Source: Caecitellus pseudoparvulus (lineage: Eukaryota > Protista > Bigyra: Bicosoecida). Taken from it: a DNA stretch of 64,000 nucleotides. Each line of letters begins with the position of its first letter. Within the stretch, counting starts at the first letter, position 1. Both the position numbers and the translations under genes were made by a program. Location of the stretch: the NCBI GenBank assembly GCA_965644315.1, contig CBFFRQ010000056.1, forward strand, positions 457,423 to 521,422. The letters are read 5' to 3'. The notes under the pieces were generated by a model that saw only the letters and a program-made list of their open reading frames with translations, made no database searches and was not told the origin of the DNA. This document shows positions 56,261 through 64,000 of the stretch, one piece after another.

Positions 56261-58110
56261 ATGGCTGCCGCTGCGTCTCGCCAACATCCATACAAGCGGT
56301 CAGCGCGAACGTTCAACGAGCGTATGCATGTGCTGAACGTCTTCAAAGGCAAGCCTAACTTTGAAGAACTTGCTGTTTCTGTTCCTTCCTTCAAAGCGGC
56401 GTGCGTGACTTGAGCCATGCGCTGCGACGCCGCCCTGTCCATGGGCCCTGCGGAAATTGTTTGTGCAGATCCAGCGCAGCGCGAGAGCGCGGCTTGGGGT
56501 GGAAAGATGACGAGTTCACAAGGTGAGAGGCGAGCAAGGCTATCGCTTGCATGCTTTTTAGCAGCTCAGTCGGGAAACCTCCTCGCAGAGCGGTGACCAG
56601 CGCCTTGTTTCGTGCCTACTGCGGCATCCACTGGACCTTGCCACCCCCTCATCTCACCCCTCCACTGCCCCAGCGGCTGAACTACGTGCTGTGGGTGTCT
56701 GACCTGGTCGCTCGAGCGCTAGCTGGGGGTGTGCGGCTCGTGCGGGACACCACGCCTGGCGAGTTGGAGCATCTCCGCTCGGCCTCACACGGCGTGCATG
56801 GGCTGGATGTGGGGTGCGGTGCCTCGGCGGTCTTCGAGCTCCTAGGCTGCAGCTACTGTGGCTGGAGAGTGTCTGGCAGCGACATTGACCCCGCCGCAGT
56901 GTCTCATGCGACGGAGCTGATCTCAGCAAACTCCCTGGAAGGGCACCTGCAGGTGCGCTTGTCGCCGCCCGACGCAGACTTGCTCAGCCACTGCGACTCA
57001 CCCCTGCCCCCAAGCACGGCCTTGAGCGAAGCCGAAGCTCCAATGCGCGCAAATGCCTACACGCAAGCTAAGGCGTCGCTGGGGCAAGGCGCAGCGCCGG
57101 AACTCATTCCCATCCCAGGAGCATGCGCAGGGTCCCAGACTAGGCGGTGGGCGTTCTCCATGTGCAACCCACCGTTTTTCGCAGCCTCGTCGGAGGCAGG
57201 CGCCAACCCCCGCACGGAGTTTGCTGGCACAGAGAGCGAGCTGGCGACTGAAGGCGGTGAGCTCGGATTCGTGATGCGCCTGGTGGAAGCTTCCGTCGCC
57301 CGAGCAGACGAGGTGGCGTGGTTCACCACAATGGCTGGTAAGCGAGGCACAGCCAGGGCGATTGTGCAGCACCTTCGCACCGTACCAGGTGTGACGGCCG
57401 TGGAGTCCACCACTTTTTTCCAAGGCAGCACGCTGCGCTGGGGTGTGGCGTGGTCGTTTTGCGCTGGTGGCAGCATGCTGCACGCCGGAGCGTTCAGCGC
57501 AGAAGCCTTCAATGCTTCCCCTGCGCCTTTGCTGAGGCAAGAAGGCAATTTGTGGGTAAGTCTCGATCTCTGGAAAAGTGCAAGCTTGGTGTCCAGGAAG
57601 TGGAGCGTTGAGGAGGCTGGCTTGCCAGAGCTTGCCTGTCGGATAGCTGAGGCCGTCGGACCCAAGCCAATTGTGTGGCCAGGGATCGAGCATGTCCCTG
57701 GACGCCAGCATGAAGCTCACACAGGCGGCTGGAACGCATCTTGCCACCCTTGCACCGCTTGGGGCACGTGCTGCGTGCTGGCGGTTCAGGCCAGGCCCGA
57801 AGAAGCAACGGGCACCTCTGCCACCGTGGCTCACCGCAAGAGACCACGGCCAGGCAGCACCGGTTCATCCTCATTGGATACAGATCTGTCTTCTCAGACG
57901 CAAGATGCTGCGTCCCCGTTCGTTCCTTTCCTTGCGGTAGTCAAGCTCAAACGCGCAACGCCCAACGAACAATCTTCGTGTGTGTGCGCTGCCCTTCTTT
58001 CAGCGGGTCTTGGAGTTGAAAAGTGTTTCCATGAGTTTTTGGAGCACCTGCAACGCAACACGCAGCGAGTAAATCGGTTCTGGCGGCGCAAGAAGGCCCG
58101 CGCATCATAG
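56261..58110 (+). CDS. METTL16: METTL16/RlmF-family RNA m6A methyltransferase (multi-exon at the 5' end)
   Basis: RMH..N.....PNF..LA exon; RLNYVLWV, GLDVGCGAS, MCNPPFF, EGGE..FV, WFTTM.GK, QG.T.RW.VAWSF motifs. Confidence 0.9.
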
Positions 58111-58182
58111 CGACAATCTAGCCCCCCTCCAACACCTTCATCACCCCCCCCCCCACACACTTCCCCCCGCACACTACTTCCC

Positions 58183-58361
58183 AACCGAGGTTGCCGGCAC
58201 CCCAGCCGGCAACCATGTTTCCCGGCAGGAGGGGCGGCGGGCAGTCCCACGCTAGTGGCACAATTGTCCCCCGCCGCCCCAACGCAGAGTAGACGACGGC
58301 AGGACCGGGCATGACAAAACCAGTCATTAGCCGGCCTCGTCACTCTCTTTCCTTTTTTTTC
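58183..58361 (+). repeat. Split direct repeat A1
   Basis: Matches 63668-63847 except for the length of the terminal T-run (8 vs 9). Confidence 0.95.
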
Positions 58362-58429
58362 GAGATGGCATCGGATGATCCAGCTTCCAGCGACACGGAG
58401 GGCGGAAGCTGGGAGGACATCCACGACAA

Positions 58430-60448
58430 ATGATGTCTGTCAACTCCGCCAAGCAAGCCAAGGCGCTCATAACGGAGCAGGAGTTCGAGTACTGGCTGAA
58501 GTGGGCGGATTCTGAGGATTTTGGTAAGATGGAGGCCGCTTGGCGCCTCCGGGAGGTGCCCGAGGGATTCCGGGCAGATCGCATGCGATCCCTCATTGCG
58601 GGCAGAGCTTTCCGCCTCCCCGCTGACGGTGCCCCTCATCGCGCAGGCGGCTCACCACGGGGGCACGGCACGAAGCGAACCCGTCCGCGCGGTGCGAGCA
58701 GTGGCACGCCCTACGGCCCGCACCTACCCCCGCGCCCGACCCAGCCGGACGCAGTCGCAGGCGACCTCCCGCACGATCCCGCCACAGTGCTTACGTGGTT
58801 CCTGCAGAGGGGAGCGACGGTGCCGAGCGAGGACGTCGTCGTGCAGCTGCAGTTCTACGTGGGCTTGGCAACGGAGGAGACATCGCCGTACGCCCTCTCC
58901 GCTTGGCCTCCACGGCGCTTCGCCGCATGGTGCAGACTCAACGGTATTCCCCCCAACCTCACCCCCGACGACATCGTGATGCATTTGCAGCGGGTCCTGG
59001 AGGCCGCGCTGGCGGGCGACGACGACTTTGGCGACGACGATGCCGGCGCCCCGTTCTTTCCCGTTTTCCCGGGCACCACACCGGATGCCGCCCGGTTACA
59101 GCCCCGTGCGGCGGCCCCGGGTCAACCCCCGGCCTCCAAGAGGCACAGGGCGGCCTATAGCCCGCAGCCCCCCCCTCCCCCGTGGGGCGGCGGAGCCTCG
59201 CCGGCAGTCCACCCCGAAGGCGGGTCGGCTGTTTTCGGTCACATAGGGGAGAACAGCGGTCGGTCGTCGCCAGCCGACGAGGTACTGGTCACTGTAGGCG
59301 CGCTGCGGGTCATTGGGCCGACCGCACACCCCTCGTCGGCGGTGGCCCGGGACCGCCTGTCAGCCTTGGGGGCAGTTTTCGCTGCGGGGACCACAGACGC
59401 CTTGACCACGGTGGCTGTCGAGATGGCTGAGGCTGCTGCACGAGAGGTGCCCGCAGCAACGGGCCCAGTGCCGTCAGGTACGTTCCTGTCCCGCCAGCTC
59501 CCCCCCCACTCGCCCCGCGTGCCCGCTCCCGGCGACCCGTCCTGGCTCACAGCCCCCGGCGATGAGGTAGCCCCGCCGTCCGCGTCGGTCATGATGGACG
59601 ACGCTATGGACGTAGTGACTGCTGTACGCCTGGTGCAAGGGAGGGTGGAAGTTACAGTTGACCCAACCCATCTAGTGGCAGTAACTGGGGCGGGTGCCCT
59701 GTCGGCATGCCACATGCTGGGCAACCGTGGGGGCGCTTGGTGGCTTGCCGCGATGACCAGGGACTTGCTGACGGCGCCTTCCGACGACCTCCACCGCTCC
59801 CTCCGAGCGTTCTGGTGGAAGTGGGCGTCCGAGGTGCCCGCCCTGGCAGACCAGCGGGGCCTGTGCCGAGCCATGGCGTGCGCACTCCTGATCACAATCG
59901 CAGTGCGGGCCGTGGCGCAGACCGCCGCTGCGTTGCCCGAAGACCAGCGCAGGCGATGGGCCCAGCTGACGTGGGCCTCCTGGGTGGCCACGTTCCGCAC
60001 TAACGCCACCATTGTCATGATGGCGTCGGCGACGGGGCAAGCACTGGTGGCCAGCTCGCTGGCGCGCGAGGCATGGGCGGCCGGGGCCGCCGCCACACCG
60101 ATGCCAGGTGCGGGGGGCGGCCCGGCGCAAACCCCCGCTCGTGGCCCTCCCGCGGGGCTGTACCGACAGGACGACCCGAGCACATTCGTGTGGTGCCCCG
60201 GGTGCGTCGGATCCGACCGGCGGCGCCGGTCGCTGGCATCATGCCCACGCCTGGCCCAGCATGTGGCCCACCTGCGCCGGACCCACACAGTCGGAGGTAA
60301 GCCCGCAGAACTTACCCAGGCGCAGGCGGTGGCCATGCTGGTGCGCCAGTGGGAGCGGAAGGTGGCATCCAAGGGACGTGACTTCCAGCGGCGCATGCAG
60401 CCCCGCGCTGTCACCACGGCCATGGTGGAGGCAGCTCTCAGCCTCTAG
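58430..60448 (+). CDS. Ngaro ORF1, putative Gag-like protein
   Basis: Assigned by its position upstream of RT. Pro-rich linkers; C-terminal WCPGC...C....H..H...H Cys/His cluster. Confidence 0.65.
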   Translation: MMSVNSAKQAKALITEQEFEYWLKWADSEDFGKMEAAWRLREVPEGFRADRMRSLIAGRAFRLPADGAPHRAGGSPRGHGTKRTRPRGASSGTPYGPHLPPRPTQPDAVAGDLPHDPATVLTWFLQRGATVPSEDVVVQLQFYVGLATEETSPYALSAWPPRRFAAWCRLNGIPPNLTPDDIVMHLQRVLEAALAGDDDFGDDDAGAPFFPVFPGTTPDAARLQPRAAAPGQPPASKRHRAAYSPQPPPPPWGGGASPAVHPEGGSAVFGHIGENSGRSSPADEVLVTVGALRVIGPTAHPSSAVARDRLSALGAVFAAGTTDALTTVAVEMAEAAAREVPAATGPVPSGTFLSRQLPPHSPRVPAPGDPSWLTAPGDEVAPPSASVMMDDAMDVVTAVRLVQGRVEVTVDPTHLVAVTGAGALSACHMLGNRGGAWWLAAMTRDLLTAPSDDLHRSLRAFWWKWASEVPALADQRGLCRAMACALLITIAVRAVAQTAAALPEDQRRRWAQLTWASWVATFRTNATIVMMASATGQALVASSLAREAWAAGAAATPMPGAGGGPAQTPARGPPAGLYRQDDPSTFVWCPGCVGSDRRRRSLASCPRLAQHVAHLRRTHTVGGKPAELTQAQAVAMLVRQWERKVASKGRDFQRRMQPRAVTTAMVEAALSL

Positions 60449-60451
60449 GAG

Positions 60452-62625
60452 GTGGGCCGGAGCGCGGTGGTGCGAGCGACCACGGGGTACCGGGCCGTGC
60501 CCGTGGAGTGGAGGGCTGCCGCCCCGCTCTCGACAGACCACCGCGCCATGGCCGTGCTCATCGAATCAATGGTCCAGCAGCTGCATGGGGACCGTTGTTG
60601 GACTCCACCGGGGCTCTTCGAGGACATCTTGCGTGGGGGCTTGGACTGGGGCCCCCACCCCGTGGTCTCATACTGGGGTTGCCAGGAGGCCCACGCTGAC
60701 GTGTGTCCCGCATGCGGCGAGACCACTTCCAGATTACGGCAGCTTGAGCGGTGCGCAGCCATGCGACTGCTCACCGTGGTCACGCTGCGCGGGTGGGACC
60801 CCGCTTGGCTGCTGTTTCGCCGCCCCCCGGCAGCGGCATCCCCGTCCTCGGCATACGTGCTGCAGCCGCACGACGAGCGGGCGGTGGCAGCGGCCTATGA
60901 CGCCTTCGCGGCTGCGCGCGTGCTGCAGCCGGTCACCCCCCAGCAGCTGCAGCAGCACCGAAAGATGGGAGGGCCAGCCGCTTCTGCCTTCGTTGTCACG
61001 ACATGGGCCCCCCAGCCGGGCGTCAGCGACGAAGCTCTACGACAGTGGGCTGCTGCGAACCCAGGCGAGGCGGTGCAGGCCGCCAGCTCTTCCCGCGCGC
61101 CCGCCCGCCCGAGCCGCCTGTTCCGGGCCAAGCAGCGGGTGGTGTACGATCTGGCAGCCGTCAACCAGGCCACAGTGAGCCCCCCATTCCACTACCCCAC
61201 GCTGGAGAGCTGGGCGCTGCGCCTCCCGCCGAACTCGGACTGTGTTGTCCTGGACGTGGAAGCAGGGTACACGGCCATCCCCATCGCTCCGTCGGGCGCC
61301 GGACTGTTCACCATGCTCGCCCAGGGCAGGCCAGCCTTCCGCATGCTTCGGATGGCCTTCGGGTACAGCCCGGCCGGGGCCATTTTCTGCTTTTTTTCTG
61401 GACTTCTGGGCGCCAAGATCGAAGCGGCGTTCCCAGCAGGGCATGTGGTTGTGTACGTAGACGACGTCGGGCTTGGGGGAGCTACGTTGGGGCCACGGCC
61501 ATCGATCGTGCCCAAGATAACTCAACTGTTCGAGGACGTGGGCTTCCGGGTGTCGCGCAAGAAGACGCAAGGGCCACAGCGCGTCGTTCAGTACTTGGGG
61601 ATGGTGGTCAGGTGTGCCCCGTGTGGGGTGTACCTTGAGTGTCCTCAAGCCAAACGAACTCAGCTGCGGTGGCAGCTGGCCGCGGTCCTTAATCGCCTCG
61701 GCGCTTGCTCCACCATCCCCAAGCGCGTTTTCGCCGCGGTCACAGGGCGCTTGCACGGCCTGTCGGCCGTGGTGCCCCACGCAAAACAAACGCTGTCGCT
61801 CTTGTACGATACCATGCGCACACACAAGTACCGCGTCGGCCCCCCGGCGCTCTCGTGCCTGTCCTCCCGGCGTCGCACGGGGCCCTGCGGACCCTCCTTG
61901 GGGCCCTCGGTGGGCCGTTATCGACGGGCCCGATGCGCCCGCTCTCCCCACTGTCAAGCAGGTGGCGCGCCGCCCTCTTTGGCTCGTGCGACGCGTCGGG
62001 GGAAGGCGGGCTGGGGGCAACAGTGTCGAGGTGGGCAGGGCCAGGAGAGCGCACAGACTCCGCTTGGTACGCGTCCATGCGCATCCCCGGCACAGCCCCG
62101 GGCGAGGAGCTCGTGGGAGCCTCCACGATGCTGGAGCTGTACGCAATCGCCTTGGCTATGGCAATGGCGCGGCATGTTTTTCCCGAGCCGGGGCCGCTGC
62201 TGCTTTGCCTAGCTGCGGACAGCCAGGCAGCGGTGGCGCTGGCGCGACGAGGGTACAGCAAGCACAGCCGTGAACTCACGCGCGTCTGCGGGGTCCTCGA
62301 GCGGGTTTCCCGTGTTTTGGACGTCCACTTGGCGCCTCGGTGGATCCCGAGGAGCCTGAATTGGCGGGCGGACGCCCTCAGCCACCCCGAAAGGGTGGAT
62401 AGCAGCACACCGGCAGCGCTCGGCCCCCCGCCAGGGCAACCAGCCGAGCTGGAGGCATCAGCAGGGGGAAGCAGCGCCGCTGAGCGGTGGCATGATGTGT
62501 CCCTAGACGTAGGGCCGTCGGGAGAGGCCGGGGCGGGCACCGCGTGGATTCACTCAGCTCAACTCTCCGTCGCCCTGCACAGACACACTCTGGATAAGGA
62601 AGCAGACCTTCTGGCAGATGATTAG
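60452..62625 (+). CDS. Ngaro ORF2: reverse transcriptase plus RNase H, split by a -1 frame change at ~61840-61845
   Basis: RT: RVVYDL, VVLDVEAGY, MAFGYSPA, VYVDD, QYLG. RNase H in the -1 frame: CDASG, MLELYAI, ADSQAAV, WIPRSLNWRADALS. Confidence 0.88.
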
Positions 62626-63514
62626 GGCCATCCCCGCGTCCCCGATCAGCAGGATTCACCAACATAGGCTGGCAAAGGGGACGGTGGTCAAGTACGTTCG
62701 CGCGGTTGCTGGCCTGATCAGGGCCGCTCCAGCACCCCGGGACAGGGCGCGGACCATGGTGGGCATCTTAACGGGCGGCGTGGCCGCAGGCAAATGGGCC
62801 CCCCATCGGGCGAAGCAGATCCTGGCGCAATGGGCCGGTGGTTTCAGGTATCTGGGCCTGCCAATCCCGTCGCTAGCCCCGCTGGGGCTCACAGTCGGCA
62901 GCATCTGCCGGGCAATCCGCCGGCTCCACCGAGGGAGAGGGGAGCAACACCGCCGCCCTATCAGCAAAGAACAAGTCATGGAGGCCATGAAGCGGGCATG
63001 GGACGGGCCGCACCTCGGGAGGCATGCCCCAACTGCCGCCGCAGCTATCTACATCGGCTTTCACGGCATGTGCAGGCCGGGAGAGCTCCGGGGCCTGCGA
63101 TGGGAGGAGTTGCACTTCGGGCGGGCGGGCCCCCTGCAGTGGGTGGAGGCCAGGGTCACGGATAAAACGCACCTGAGTGCAAACCGCCACATCCAGGTGG
63201 TGCGCCAGGCCGAGTGGGCGGGGGCCTTCGACCGCCTCCGGGAGCAGGCCCGGGACAAGCGGGGAAGCCTGCTCCCAAGGTGGGCGTGGCTCAGCCTGCA
63301 AGGCATCCTGAAGGCTGTAGCGGGCGTGTCCTTGGCCCACCTGAGACCCGGGGGCAATATGTTCTGGACAGGCCGGGCCCCCGACGTCTTGGTGGAGCAC
63401 GCGGCGGGCTGGGCGGCTGGCTCCCCCACCCGGGCACGATACTACACCCAGGGGGGGGAGGGGGCGAGGCTGTGGCACGAGGCCATGACACCCAGGGGAG
63501 GAAGCAAGCATTGA
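62618..63514 (+). CDS. Ngaro ORF3: tyrosine recombinase
   Basis: Catalytic set R (GMCRPGEL), K (DKT), HLR.GG, AGW and Y (RARYY). The ATG overlaps the end of the RNase H frame. Confidence 0.88.
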   Translation: MIRAIPASPISRIHQHRLAKGTVVKYVRAVAGLIRAAPAPRDRARTMVGILTGGVAAGKWAPHRAKQILAQWAGGFRYLGLPIPSLAPLGLTVGSICRAIRRLHRGRGEQHRRPISKEQVMEAMKRAWDGPHLGRHAPTAAAAIYIGFHGMCRPGELRGLRWEELHFGRAGPLQWVEARVTDKTHLSANRHIQVVRQAEWAGAFDRLREQARDKRGSLLPRWAWLSLQGILKAVAGVSLAHLRPGGNMFWTGRAPDVLVEHAAGWAAGSPTRARYYTQGGEGARLWHEAMTPRGGSKH

Positions 63515-63519
63515 AAAGT

Positions 63520-63667
63520 ATTGGCGGGTGCCGCAAGGAGGCGTCCCCTCCCCCAAGAGATGCAGCGAGCCCTGGTGGCCGCTGGCATAGAGGGGGGAGG
63601 GGACGGCCTCGAGGCGGGCCCAGTTCAATGCATTTCGATTGCCACGCACAACGCACCAACACGAGGG
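63520..63667 (+). repeat. Split direct repeat B1
   Basis: Identical to 63857-64000 over the visible 144 nt (offset 337). Confidence 0.95.
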
Positions 63668-63847
63668 AACCGAGGTTGCCGGCACCCCAGCCGGCAACCA
63701 TGTTTCCCGGCAGGAGGGGCGGCGGGCAGTCCCACGCTAGTGGCACAATTGTCCCCCGCCGCCCCAACGCAGAGTAGACGACGGCAGGACCGGGCATGAC
63801 AAAACCAGTCATTAGCCGGCCTCGTCACTCTCTTTCCTTTTTTTTTC
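63668..63847 (+). repeat. Split direct repeat A2
   Basis: Copy of 58183-58361 (offset 5485). Confidence 0.95.
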
Positions 63848-63856
63848 TTTTTCTCG

Positions 63857-64000
63857 ATTGGCGGGTGCCGCAAGGAGGCGTCCCCTCCCCCAAGAGATGC
63901 AGCGAGCCCTGGTGGCCGCTGGCATAGAGGGGGGAGGGGACGGCCTCGAGGCGGGCCCAGTTCAATGCATTTCGATTGCCACGCACAACGCACCAACACG
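63857..64000 (+). repeat. Split direct repeat B2 (cut by the window end about 4 nt before the B1-equivalent end)
   Basis: Copy of 63520-63663. Confidence 0.93.

Larger units (their letters stand above)
58183..64000 (+). mobile_element. Ngaro-type tyrosine-recombinase (DIRS order) retrotransposon, essentially full length
   Basis: Split direct repeats A1 (58183-58361) ... B1 (63520-63667), A2 (63668-63847), B2 (63857 to past 64000) around gag-like, RT-RNaseH and YR ORFs. Confidence 0.93.

Noticed and set aside
59239-60423. 394-aa antisense ORF within Ngaro ORF1
   Set aside because: It appears to be a codon-mirror shadow of ORF1 with no domain signal.
60446-60454. AGGAGG before GTG 60452, resembling a Shine-Dalgarno site
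   Set aside because: The context is eukaryotic and the motif abuts or overlaps the GTG with no spacer; the readthrough interpretation fits better.
58430-63514. Interpretation as a prokaryotic retron/DGR or phage integrase module
   Set aside because: RNase H, split direct repeats, gene order and intron-containing flanking genes all indicate a eukaryotic DIRS-order retrotransposon.

Overview
GC-rich, gene-dense eukaryotic (protist-like) genomic DNA with short GT-AG introns (GTGCGT/GTGAGT donors). It resembles a heterotrophic stramenopile such as a bicosoecid, but the taxon is inference. Housekeeping genes: RPC1 (5'-truncated), INTS11/CPSF73-like nuclease, flavohemoglobin, APC2, an SCFD2-like Sec1 protein, RIIAD1-like, RPB7, HOOK-like, a PPR protein, mitochondrial intermediate peptidase, COQ8, ALKBH7 and METTL16. 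Also present: a solitary divergent but structurally intact 5S rRNA gene, two coding tandem-repeat arrays, a tandem pair of GT64 glycosyltransferases, and three dispersed paralogs of an unrecognised ~11-TM membrane protein family with conserved intron positions. The last ~5.8 kb is an almost complete Ngaro-type tyrosine-recombinase retrotransposon (A1-ORF1-RT/RNaseH-YR-B1-A2-B2). Its ORF1 and RT are in frame and separated by one UAG followed by a purine-rich spacer and a structured RNA (candidate retrovirus-like readthrough). It also has a -1 shift between RT and RNase H and strongly hairpin-forming terminal repeats. Exon boundaries were assigned by eye and are approximate.
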